Source: Amphiscolops sp. MND2022 (Eukaryota). Taken from it: a stretch of DNA of 64,000 bases. The stretch spans positions 86,740,001-86,804,000 of the forward strand of contig OZ076409.1 of NCBI GenBank assembly GCA_964187785.1. Direction: 5' to 3'. Below the pieces are notes generated by a model. The model was not told the DNA's origin. It worked only from the letters and a program-made list of their open reading frames with translations, and did not search any database. Position numbers and translations under genes: made by a program. The stretch's first letter is position 1. The number at the start of each line of letters is the position of its first letter. Below are positions 47,001 through 58,430 of this stretch, in pieces.

Positions 47001-47980
47001 CACCCAAAAACGCCCCAAAGCAGAAACAAACTTTGAAAAAAATTGTACAAATTTATGAACAATGCTTTCTTTGGAAAGACTATGGAAACTGTAAGAAATA
47101 GAACCAATCTAGATTTCATTGATCATTCTCAAATACCGCAAATAATAAAAAGCAATCCAAGGTAAGTTTCAAAGGCATCGTCAACTGGTTTGAGAATTTT
47201 AGTTTGTACAAGGTTGACAAAGAAAAAACAGCCTTCGATAAACCAATTTATTTGGGGTTCTCTCTGTTAGAATTAAGTAAACTATTAACGTATTAGTTTT
47301 ATTATAAATGTTTAGTACCACATTGGCATGACTGCGTACATTTACATTATATAGACACTGACAGTTTTGTTCTTTGTTTTGATGTAAACAACCAAGAACT
47401 GGGAAACTTTTTCCAACAAAATAAAGATGAATTTGATTTTAGTGAGTTAGACGAAAATCATCAATTATATGATACTATTAACAATAAAATTATGGGAAAA
47501 AGGAAACTTGAAACAAATCCGGTATTAGTACTAGATAGCTTCACAGCTTTACGCTCGAAGTCATATTCTTTTTCATATGGTAACCCGAATGGTGTAGTAC
47601 AAAATGCAGAACAAAAAAGAATACAAAAAGCTCTGAAAATTAAGGTTACATACGTTGTTTGTTTAATTTTGAATGTGCAATGTCTACAAATTATTCAATT
47701 CGTTGAAACATACATCAATTATCAGTTGAAGAACAAAACAAACTAGCTTTGAACACTTTTGATGATAAGCGTATATACTCAAATTCAAGACAAAGTTTAC
47801 CAATGGGATAAACATATACAACAAGGCATTTGTCCTTGTTTATACTTTTATATTATAAAGAGTTTACTGAAAATTATAAAACAGATGAAGAAATATACCT
47901 AAATCTTTGGTATTGGAGAAAATAACTTATCAACAGCTTTTAAAGCTGATAAGTGATCGAGCACATCTTTTAAAAAATAA
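44059..47980 (+). pseudogene. Protein-primed DNA polymerase B of element 2 with N-terminal zinc fingers
   Basis: MENCSIC.., VYADFECIN, NIRGGISS..YIDANNLYGWAMSQ, NNAFFGKT and HYIDTDSF (~47344-47367). Many stops and frameshifts. Confidence 0.92.
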
Positions 47981-48018
47981 CAATATTTTTTAAGTATAAA
48001 ATTAAATTTTAATAACAG

Positions 48019-48115
48019 ATAATCCTTATCAAAGACTTCTCATCAAAGATTCTTTATCAAGGATTCTTAATCAAAGATTCCTTTTCAAAGATTCCTTATC
48101 AGGGAGTCCTTATCA
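48019..48115. repeat. 14-bp tandem repeat (AAAGATTCCTTATC, about 7 copies) between convergent polB and capsid genes
   Basis: Read directly. One further copy lies at ~53888-53901. Confidence 0.9.
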
Positions 48116-48158
48116 TATATTATGATTGTTGTTATAGTATAAATTATAAGTTTGTTTA

Positions 48159-49590
48159 TTATATTGAATCGAAATGCCTTTGCCCATCACTACTAATACT
48201 TATAACATAGGTGTTAGTACAAGGGCATAAGCTATATAATCAGCCACATCAATGGCAGAACCTAATTTAAATTCTAATATAATAGGTTGACTCGCAATAT
48301 GATCTTTTTGTTTGGATAAGTCAAATACGTAAAAATTACAATTTGTCGTGAATTTATGCAAATCAAAAAATGCCATCAATAGGTTAGTTTCACGTTTCAA
48401 TCGATAGAAGTTTTCTATTTCTTGATATGCTTCACGATAGTTGTTTCTATCATGCTTACACTCAATTCCATCAACAAGACATTTTTCTGATGCTTTTTTA
48501 AAAACAGCATTTGAAATAAGTGAACGATCAAATGTTGCATTGTCATGTGTTTGCGAATCAATTTTATCTCTAGCTCGAAATGTCATTACAGTGCACAGGC
48601 AAGCTTTTTGCTGTTTTTCGTGGAATCCGGGACACGAAAATTTCGCTGCTTGTCCGTGGAATGCTTGTTTGTGGAATCCGGGACAAATGACGTAATTTGC
48701 CAATTTTGCACGGTTAAAGGTATGGTCGTGGAATCCGAGATATTGAAAGCACTATGTTGCGCTTTGAGCAAATAAGGCATGCCTGTGCACTCTAATGGTA
48801 TCTTTTACTAAAGTTGGTGTTGATTCTCCACTGTTTCCCAAGTCAAAGGTCCATTAATTATTAGTTTTTACATCTTTCCTGAAAACAATCCGTTCCATGT
48901 AATACAATTCAGTTGGATCTTTATTCAGTAATTGATCCGTCATAAGTTGTTGGTTTTCTAAGCTAGGTGTAAAGTGTGGATTATACCAATCTATATCTTT
49001 TATAACAATTTTCCCAGCAATACGAAGAATTGAGTCGTTTTTATCGTTTCGTTTTAGAGTAAGAGGTTTGCCCAAACCATTTGTTACTTTTCTCTATCAG
49101 CAAACCCAAATAAATCATTTACCTTGATGTTTACAAAGAATGTTCCTTTCTCAGTCTAATTGTTTGTTAGTCCTTGTCTTCTCATAGCGACTGATTCTTC
49201 AAACGCATGCATCAATTCGCTGGTTTGTTGTTGGGAAGTTGAAAATTTACGCATTATACTTATAAAATGGAGGTTCTCAATTTTTTCCAAATGTTTCCCC
49301 CAACTGGTTGTCAACTTAGCTTCACTAAATAAGGCAACAGGCCCAAAGTTAACTAGTTCTATTTTATCACCATCGGCATATCTTGTATCGTCATTTTTTA
49401 CGACTTCAAAATCTAATGATATGTATGAATTCTGTAAACAAATATATGGGTCTCCCCTTGGCACATTGATTGAAATATTTGAATTATTATTATTGATTGT
49501 AGTTAAACTATTAGGCGAATACCTAACAAAATCGATTTATTGAATAGTTTTATCAAGAGCATATGTATTTTTCAAAGTAAATAATTCCAT
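48159..49590 (-). pseudogene. Polinton-type major capsid protein (hexon-like), degraded
   Basis: About 400 codons after MITE removal. Motifs RYSPNSL..PRGDPYICLQNSYISLDFEV, GPVALFSEAKLT, FYVFDLSKQKD..SQPIILEF and YALVLT. Size and context fit a Polinton MCP; the fold is inferred. Confidence 0.75.
48584..48797. mobile_element. CATTA..TAATG MITE inserted in the MCP gene
   Basis: TIR CATTACAGTGCACAGGCA / TGCCTGTGCACTCTAATG. 2-bp TSD GT. Removal restores the frame PTLVKDTFRARDKIDSQ. Confidence 0.88.
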
Positions 49591-49699
49591 ATAAACTAGA
49601 ATAGGATCTAAGCTTTGGAATATGTATCATGAAAATTCATGATGATTTGAAATTTAAGTTGAATTTATTTTCACTAAATGAGGTTAGCCTAAAAAAGTA

Positions 49700-50208
49700 C
49701 ACTCAGAATTTAGTTTAGTTTTTTTGTTTTTACACACATCAAATCTTTGTTTTAGTTTGATGTATTCATTCCGACCTATTTTAATGTCTTCAAGACACTT
49801 TGTGTGTAGTTTTTGGAAGTTGTTGACAGTTCCACCAGCAAGTGTATAATTTTTAATATCTTGTTGTTCTTATATTTTCAGATACTCACCAAAAATTTTT
49901 CTGAACATACATACTCCTGCACCTATACCACTCGCGATGGGTACAATAACAAGTCCAACACCAGTATTACTTAACGTGATACATGTTGAAGAAGTACTCA
50001 AAACTAGAACTCCATCAATAGATTGAAATAAACCGTTTATATTTTTATTTGTCTTAGATTCCTTTTCATACTTTTTAGCTACAAGATTATAAAAGTTTTT
50101 AAAACCTTCTATATTTTGAATTGATATATTAAAACTATTTATTTCTTTCAATCGTATATCTAAACTATCTGGATGATGTTGCAAACTAAGAAATAATTTT
50201 TCACTCAT
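49700..50208 (-). pseudogene. Hydrophobic-hairpin accessory protein (homolog of 5337-5894)
   Basis: INSFNISIQN..IDGVLVLSTSSTCITLSNTGVGLVIVPIASGIGAG. Confidence 0.7.
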
Positions 50209-50217
50209 TCTATTAGT

Positions 50218-50547
50218 TTAAATTTTTCCAAAATAGTTTTCAAAATGTATGAAACTGCGCTCTGTTGTGGTTTGTTTTATTCGGTATTTATATTCAACAA
50301 TATCTTTGTACTGGTCTATCTTCAAACTGTTCAACACGGTGTTTCTTGTTGAATAGTCTAAGTCCGATAAATAATACACACCATCTGATGTATTTGTTTC
50401 TGATCCGTATTTTTCGAGTAAGGATTGGTTTGTAAAACTTAGATACCCATTGAAAATTGGGTCTTTGCTTTCAAATAAGTCAAACAATCCGTTGTTGTAT
50501 AAAAGCTGTATACCATCTTTGAAGGCTTCACTTTTACATTTTTCCAA
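50218..50547 (-). CDS. Polinton accessory protein of unknown function (fragment)
   Basis: 109-aa ORF. IQLLYNNGLFD has a homolog near 6200. Confidence 0.5.
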   Translation of the reverse strand: MEKCKSEAFKDGIQLLYNNGLFDLFESKDPIFNGYLSFTNQSLLEKYGSETNTSDGVYYLSDLDYSTRNTVLNSLKIDQYKDIVEYKYRIKQTTTERSFIHFENYFGKI

Positions 50548-50910
50548 TTCCGAAATAATTTTTCTCTCAGAGTGATTACGTAAAATGGTTTGTTGTTCTT
50601 CTACTAACTTGGCAGCATCCGAACTTATTTCTTTTTTTTTTATAACAGTTTGTTTTTAATATCTTGTTCTAAATATTTCAAATTTATTTTTATATCTTTT
50701 TTTTATTTGTATCTAGGAATATCTTTGCATTGATTACTACCTTGGTTTCACCATCGTCAAAATTAATTTCTTGTATAATTTCTAGTTTATCACCAAAGGT
50801 GCCTTGCATAACTTCAAGTTTTATGTTAATTAAATTCTTAACATAAATTCTCAAATTGAATACACTTCTTAAAAAATTTAGTTCACTTTATTTTCCCTCT
50901 AGTAGTTCTT

Positions 50911-51387
50911 TTAATTTGGGCATTTAATATTATTGAGGTTACTTTTACTAGGAATTAGATTATTGTTACTGGTTTCAAATGGTGTCATCCTGGTAGTTCC
51001 ATGGACACGATTATTATACTTTTCTAAAGCTTTTTCCAAATGACTCAGCCAACAAACTTTACCTTCAATATACATCGGTTCTTTATTTAAGTCCAAAGGT
51101 GTTCTTTTGAATCGTTCAACAAAAACAGCTTTCAAAACCTAATGAGTTGAAAAAAATTGGAACGTTTTGCCCTTTAGGAAAATACAAGAATGTTTTGTTC
51201 TAAAACTCTTTACCTCTCTGTGAGCATATTTTATGAGGTTTTTCATGCTTTTCCAAAATGACTTTTTAATGCAGTTGTTATTCGTTTTCCTGATTTGTTT
51301 TTAGGAGGAATTGCCCGTGAAAACTAAGTATGATTATCAATAATGGTAAAACGGGAGGGAATTTTTCTTTAGCAATTCTTTGTCCAT
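50911..51387 (-). pseudogene. Retroviral-like (rve) integrase catalytic core remnant
   Basis: TIIDNHT, PHKICSQRGKEF (degenerate SDxGxEF), KAVFVERFKRT and YNNRVHGTTRMTP. Confidence 0.8.
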
Positions 51388-51569
51388 TTTCATTTAATTA
51401 TTCGGAATGTTTCAATCACTCGGTAATACAGCAAAGCTGGCTCCGCCTAAAGTTGTTATTATACTGTACCGAAGGCGCTTCGCGTACCGAAGGCGCTCCG
51501 CGTATTCGTTCCCAATAAATGAAATAAAATTTATATACGTTTACTGTGTATAATTTTTATTATAATTTT

Positions 51570-52527
51570 ATGTATTTATTGGTATTATTTTGGGCCTAGA
51601 CATTACAAAAACTTATACCAAAAACCAAAACAATTCACTGGATTTAAATATTCTCGTTTAACTAATCAACCAGAAGAATTACCCCAAACCAACCAGTCAG
51701 TAGAACAAATTGTCATATGTTAATTTGTGGTACTAGTGGGTCAGGTAAGACATCTTTCCTTAAATACTATTTTTATCAAACTAAATCAAAATTAATAGTA
51801 TTCAGCAGAGATGAGACTGAGTTTCACTATGATAGGTATGCACCTTTGTTGCAGTTAGAAAGGTTTGATTTCGAATCACTTGCTAATAAAACGATAATTT
51901 TAGATTTGCAGGTGCATATAAAAACCTTAAAACAAAAGTAGAAGACTTATTCTGGTTTGGTAGACATCATGATATACAAGTTATTTATACTGCACAGTAT
52001 GCAAAGGTTGTTCTCGCAATGTGTGAGAGAATTGTTTTAGGTTCTTTTTAACAATTAACTTCCCAGCTATTTTCCTGGAAACAATTACAATTAGATATTT
52101 AATAATCAAAGATCTCAAGTGGAAACAATACCGTGATCAGTTAGAATTTGAAATATTTGAAAATGATACCAGATCACAAAAGTACAAAATACTCAACCAG
52201 AAGTATAAGGTAGTATATGATACAACTAAACATAAACGGAGTCCCGAGGATTATATGTGTTATGAATCATATTTCTTTACTGGTGATGATTATAATAGAG
52301 TTATAATATTTTTGGAGGAAATGTCGGATCAGACAATAGAAATAACCCATGAAAATATTGCTCATTAGTATGTGGAGATTTGTAAACAAAGAAAAATGAA
52401 AGTGAATGAATTCAAAATAGACAACTAAATAGAGCGTATGCAAGAACCAATAATTTCAGACAAACCTAAAGAGGAATTTAGGAATATAATATTAGCACAG
52501 GCAATCAGGTTTAGTAAAAGTAGTTAA
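51570..52527 (+). pseudogene. A32/FtsK-like P-loop ATPase 1
   Basis: Walker A LICGTSGSGKT, Walker B-like TIILD, and GRHHDIQVIYTAQ downstream in a shifted frame. Confidence 0.7.
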
Positions 52528-52713
52528 ATATAATTAAATAATACAGCAAAACTGGCTTCGCATATGAAAGTTTTTTAAAAATATTGGATCTGGTTTCTTA
52601 GTGATTTTCTTTGTAAAATCACAAAGCAAATTCACTAATAGCATATATTTTTACTAAAGCTTCTACCTCTGCACTTGGTGACTCAGTGAATTAGTGAGTT
52701 TTAAAATAAATAA

Positions 52714-53640
52714 ATGAAGTGCTTAATTTGTCATGAATGTAGTGAAACTTCGCTGTGCGATGATTGTAGTAAAAAAAAGAGATGTAAGGAGTGTAATATA
52801 ATGAAGACAGAATATTTTTTATACAAAAGTAGTAAAATGTATAGTACATGCAAAGAATCTTTCAAACAAAAGTGGATGTGTGAATACTGTAAGCGTGAAT
52901 TCAATAAAACATATTTATCAAAACATATCGAGAGATGCCTTATAAACAAACTTCATTCCAATGACACCGCAAAGCTGGCTTCGCATAGTATTATAAACAT
53001 TAATGATGAAAATCATATTAAAATCAATTTTATAAAGAATAATGATGAACATAATAATGATGAAAATAATTGAGCATTAACAGTTGGTCCTCCATTTTGT
53101 GGAAAGACCCATTTGTTATTAAACAAATTACAATTAGGTCGCTTGGATAACCGTGAACAACAAATAAAAATAATAACTAGACCGGAACACTACACAGCAA
53201 GGCCGGATTCGCATGAACACATACAACTACTTAACGTTTCAGTGGAAGAATGTCTAGAATATAGAACAAAACAAGATTTTCAAAATTGTTGTGTTGTATT
53301 TGATGATATGTTGGATAGGAATCAAAAACTAATAAATCCATTTTTTACTAGAGGAAGACATAATGATTCGGATGTTTATTATTTATCACAGTCTTACTTT
53401 GATTTGCCTAAACGCACCATACGCAATAATAGTAACATAATAATTTTATTCCAACAAACTTTGAAAGATGTAGAACATATATACAGAGATAGCTGGTTTT
53501 GATATGTTTTATGATGAAATCAGAAGTGTACGCAGAGAAGCATGGAAAGAAAAATCTAATTATTTATTGATAAACAGGCTAGATGATAAACACGGATATA
53601 AAACTGGTTGTTGTTTGAGAAGAATCACGTGGGGTTTGTA
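52714..53640 (+). pseudogene. Zinc-finger-fused A32-like packaging ATPase 2
   Basis: CxxC-rich N-terminus, an in-frame TGA at 53071, then VGPPFCGKT, VVFDDML and FFTRGRHNDSDVYYLSQSYFDLPKRTIRNNSN. Confidence 0.82.
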
Positions 53641-53934
53641 GTTGCTTTTCGGATAATTATTTCTGGTTTTCAGCAGCTTCAACGTGCTTTGCAGTAACAG
53701 GTTCAGAAACTTCTTCATTATCGTAAAGAAAGTCTTGCGTCCCAAGTTTCTCTTTCAATCTTATTTGGCGGAGTAGAGATTTTGTTTCTTGCAATTTTTT
53801 AAAGCTTTTCTAAATCATCTCGATTATGAGTTGAATACATAATTTATTTAATAATCATAAAAAAAAAGATATAGGTCTCTGATATCAAAAGATTCCTTAT
53901 CATTTAATTTACAAGGGATCTCTGATAATAATTA

Positions 53935-54327
53935 ATGATTTTCCCCTAATAATAAACCGTTTCCCTCGGGTGAAATTTTATAATATCAGGAGCAGTTGCT
54001 GCATTAAGTTTTGGGTTTTTACTTGCTGCTGCAGTACCAATACTCGCTGCAAGCTCTAATGCTCTTCCACGATTATTTAGTATTTGCCTTCCAAAACTCT
54101 TAGCAGCTTTGCAATTATAATTTTGAAAATCACCCAGTCCTTCTGCTTGTACAGTTTTATCTGATACAATAAGTAACTTCTTTTACACGTTACACAAGTA
54201 CCTCTTAGTAGTTTAACTGAAATGCCAGTTTTTTTATATCGAGGAATATCTCCACGAATTTTTGTGGTAGCGTAACAATGTTTTCCACCAGCACAATGTG
54301 AATTTTTTTAAACTTATTGAAGCTCAT
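53935..54327 (-). pseudogene. Small Polinton structural/core-type protein (Cys motif followed by an amphipathic Ala/Gly-rich segment)
   Basis: HCAGGKH..GTCVTCKKK..QAEGLGDF..ILNNRGRALELAASIGTAAASKNPKL, frameshifted. Confidence 0.5.
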
Positions 54328-54356
54328 TTATTTAAAAGAACAAAATAATTATTATT

Positions 54357-55391
54357 TTACATCTTAAAAGGATGAATTGATAAGGTTAATGTCTCCCGGT
54401 TGAAATCTACTCGGTTATGATTGTTATCCTGAAGGAAAAATTGGATCTTGTCTAATCTTGTTTTGTTTATTTTTTTATACAAAATAATATTGGGTTCTTT
54501 TATACTTTTTTTATCCCGGAGGAGCACTAAAAAAAAAACGTAATAAATTTTGTTCTCGTTTATCATTAACAATTGAACCATCTACACAATCACACTTCAG
54601 ATGAACTTTGTCTGTGGTTGTTATCATAACTCGTATTTCTGACTTATGAGTTCCTTCTGAGTTGTCGGTGTTTGTAAATCCTAAAAGGGTGTTAAGTTCA
54701 GAATTAAAATGTATGTTATTAAGTTTTGGTAAAGCTGATTTCATCGATATTGTATCTGCTTGTAGGTTGAATTCAAAATCAGAATCAGAAAGTATTTGCT
54801 TGATGGTAATATTTATATCAACTAATTCATTTATTCTTGGAGTTAACTCAATTTCAAAGAAATCATTTTCATTTCCAAATTCAAGAAGACTTATATTATC
54901 TTTATGCGAAGCCAGCGTTGCTGTATCGAGATTAATTTGATCAAATATTTTCTTTCCATAAGCAAAACCTTTCTTATTGAGTTTCTCAATTTTAGAATAA
55001 CTATTAGTTATAAGTTCATTAGCGTTTTCTACATATTCCTTATCAGAGATTTTACATAATCACTCAACATTCATTACTAATCCAGTGTCAATATTTAACG
55101 ATTTGAGTTGCTGTTCTGTTGGATGAATTTCAAGTATATTATTCTTTTCAGTAATGTTATATTATATCACAGTGTTGTATTCTTCTTAACTTGTTACTCC
55201 CATCATCCATTGTTCTGTTAAGTCGAGAGGAACATCGAATGAAAAAAATTCTTTTTGTTTAGTCTTCGTGTTAAATTCTAGAAATTCCTGAGGTTTCGAT
55301 AAGATTTTTCAATAAAATCCATACTAGACTTTGCAATACGCAACAAAAACGTTTCTTTTTGATCATAGGTAACAAATTTTGATAGATCCAT
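54357..55391 (-). pseudogene. Minor capsid protein (penton-like)
   Basis: KPQEFLEF..WMMGVTS, LLGF, KVHLKCDCVDGSIVN..APPG..EPNIILY..VDFNRETLT. Confidence 0.78.
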
Positions 55392-55659
55392 TTATTAGGA
55401 AAAAATCTTTTAGTAATCTTTGCATAATCAAATTCTATGAATTTGTTTAAATCCACTAGCAGATATGTTGTTTATAAATTCTTGCCTATCTTTTGATATT
55501 TTTTTCTTGTTCGGAATCGGATTATTTTTATGAAATTGATTTTCAATCTCATTCGGATAAACTTGTATAAATTTAAATTGAGATGAACCATTATTCATTT
55601 TCTTCATATAATAATCATAAAAATCAAATGAATATTTATCTATTTTACTTTTTGAAAAT

Positions 55660-56666
55660 TACACTTGCGATAAACAAGTGTTATGGGAAAGTGCGGGTGC
55701 TTTTTTTCCGCGCGACAACTCTCTCGTTTCAGCCCGCAAGTCGCATAGTTCAGGCGTTCGTGGTCTAGTGGTAAGATGCTTGCTTTCCAACCCAGAGGGT
55801 TCGTGTTCGGACGCGTGAGTATGCGCTATTTTTTTTTACAAGTTTTCTGAAGCAGAAGGTTTTCACTTTTTCGGCACTATGAGACTCCACCCTGTTTCGG
55901 CTTTGTGAGACTTTTTTCGAAATATTTTTAATGTCTTCAAAGGATCCCCTCTTCAATTTGTTTTGATATTTTGCAACGGAAAGAATGTTAAAAAATCCCA
56001 AAGGGTCCCTCCTTTCAAATTTTCGGCACTATGAGACTGTTAAAAATTCTCGTTTTCTGTTTTTTTTCGAAAATTTTTCAAAGACTCCAATGGGTTCTTC
56101 TTCAAATTTTTTGAACTTTTGCAACAGAATGGTTGTTTAAAAATTTCAAAAAGCCCCTTTTACATTTTTCGGCATTGTGAGAAAAAATTTCAAATTGAAT
56201 AATTTTTTGTCTAAAAATTAGGTTTTCTGAGGCCCAGCACGTTACATCCGAATTTTTTGTCAAAGGACGGGCGTTTTTTTTCTATGCTACGTTTTTCTAG
56301 TTTGTTTTCATCGAAGCACCCCTCCATTTTTCCCTAAAATGAAACATTTTGCGAGCATAAAGGACTACTCAAGGTTTTCGGCACTATTATGCGACTTACC
56401 GGAGACCTTTTCAAAAAATTTTTCGAAAATTTTCGAACTTTTTTCTTTATTTCTCTGTTTTTTTAAAAAAAATTGTTTCCGGTTGAAAAGGATGGTTTTC
56501 GAGATTTATGCGTATCCCTTCGGGTATTTTTTGGCGCTTTAAAAATGATGAATTTTTAACATTGTCGTTTTACACTTGGTTCTCCGTATGATTTCGCTTA
56601 TTTGGTTTTCTTCAGTTCGCAACCTTCTGCGCAAGTGTTTGCGAAGCACGGCTTCGCCTCTGTGTA
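55660..56666 (+). mobile_element. Helentron-like family A element with a tRNA-Gly-like segment
   Basis: Same ends as 30735-32366. GCGTTCGTGGTCTAGTGGTAAGATGCTTGCTTTCCAA resembles the 5' half of tRNA-Gly(UCC). Confidence 0.7.
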
Positions 56667-57715
56667 TAAATTTAGTACAGCATTTTTAAAGCCTATAATA
56701 ATTGCGAGATATAACACATACAAACAAAACGCTGCACAATAACTATCATTTTTCTGAATTTGATATTCTGAATAAATACCTCCATTTATTTGTTTTGTTA
56801 TGTTTACTGGCGGAGCAAACCATATGAATCAAAACAATACTCGTTAATAAACATTACCCAGTGTGTTCCTTTAGTTGGATGTAAGTTAACTATTCCAGCC
56901 GTAGTGGTAAACTTGTCATCTCTCATGTATATTTCACACGAAATGTTTATAAGATTTGTAAGACTTCTTTTATTTTTACATAGGAAGTTGCTTCATTTTT
57001 TAGTCCGTAATTTTCAACAAGTTCTTTGAATGATGAATATTTCGTTTAATAGTTGTTTTTCATCAATTTCGTTTTTTTATTATTGTTGAAATGGAAAAAA
57101 AAAAACAATTTTCTACACCTGCTTCGATACGTGCTGATTGCTGAGTTGAATATAAAAAAAACCCAAAATGTGTGTAGTTTTTAAATATTACCAACTTTTA
57201 TTTCTGATGTTTTTCTTTAAAAAAGTTTCCCGTTGAGATATTACGCAAATTATCTTTTGCCATGTATTAAGATTAGATATATTTCACTAAGCCATGAAAT
57301 AACTTGCTTGGAATTTATATATTTCTCTCGGTGAATTAAAAATGCAAACCAAAACCAAAACTCAGATAATTTCAGAAATTATCAGAATTTCCGATTTGGT
57401 TTAAATGGTTTGATCTACTTCCATGTTTCTCAATAAGTGACTGCAATTCAATTTCAAGCCACATGTTCCAAAAGAATAAAATTGAATTGCACATGTTACA
57501 CTTTTCATTTATTCCATTTTCTGTATTACCATACAACAACATGGAGGTTAGCGAATTTTTCTTCCATGACAAAATTTTCTACTGGGAAAATTTTTGAATT
57601 GATTTTTATTTTGTCAATTTTTTAGTATTGAAAAAACGCTAATTTTTTATGTTTTGCCTTGAAAACATGTTTAATTTTGTTGACTGGCTGGCCAGAATCG
57701 GGAATCCGTACACTA

Positions 57716-58161
57716 CTAGTGAGCCCGCTTATAACGAGCCGGTTGGTGCAAAGAAAATTCGTTATAGAGAACTTTGCAATAAACAAACCGAAGAAAAAAG
57801 TTGCAAATACACTCTATTATTAGCGTTTTCCAAAACAAAGACAAATCGAAGTTTGAATTTTTCCATTTCAGACTTTTTGAGCAACTTATTTCACAAAATT
57901 TAGTTTTCTTTTAGTCCTTCTTCCTGATCAAGTTGTTGGGCAAAATAGTTAACCAATATTTGAATTGAGAAATGCTTAAATAAGTTGTTCATAGTAACAC
58001 GGAAAGTGCAAAATCGTGTATTTCTGAGAAATCAAGTTCGTTATAAGCGAATCCAATTAGTTATTGGCGTGATAAGTTATGAAGAAAAAACGGCGTGCAG
58101 CGAAATCAATTCGTTATAAAAGGAATTTTTTAAGCGGATTCGTTATAAGCGGGCGCACTTG
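57716..58161. mobile_element. Tc1/mariner-type MITE
   Basis: TIR CTAGTGAGCCCGCTTATAACGA / TCGTTATAAGCGGGCGCACTTG flanked by TA. Internal TTCGTTATA repeats. Confidence 0.65.
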
Positions 58162-58430
58162 TATTTGTAAACAAGGTGCTGATTTTGTTTTATGTTTTCT
58201 GTCAATCATTCAAAATGGAGCTTTCGGGTGAACTGATTGGTAGTGAGCCATTTTACGGACCAATTTTCAAAAATTGGACAAACGTTTTGAATATGCGCAG
58301 AAGTTTTCTCTCATTTTTTCTTCCAAAACCATTACGAAAAGTAGTCAGTAATAGCAATAATTGTCAATTATCGATAATTAATGAGATAAGTAAACTCAAT
58401 AATAATAGACAATACTTAATAGATTAAATA

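Larger units (their letters stand above)
42320..57717. mobile_element. Endogenous Polinton/Maverick (adintovirus-like) element 2, ~15.4 kb, degraded
   Basis: Contains pPolB, MCP, penton, integrase and A32-like ATPases. Bounded by inverted homologous blocks (42320-~42650 versus ~57290-57717) that both start AGTAGT. The exact ends and TSD are uncertain. Confidence 0.78.

Noticed and set aside
48589..48792. Reading this MITE as a TA-TSD mariner element
   Set aside because: Only the CATTA..TAATG boundaries with a 2-bp TSD restore the MCP frame here and the Copia frame at 26375-26614.
55752..55820. Functional tRNA-Gly gene
   Set aside because: The 3' half does not form a T-arm or acceptor stem, and the block is embedded in a repeated element.
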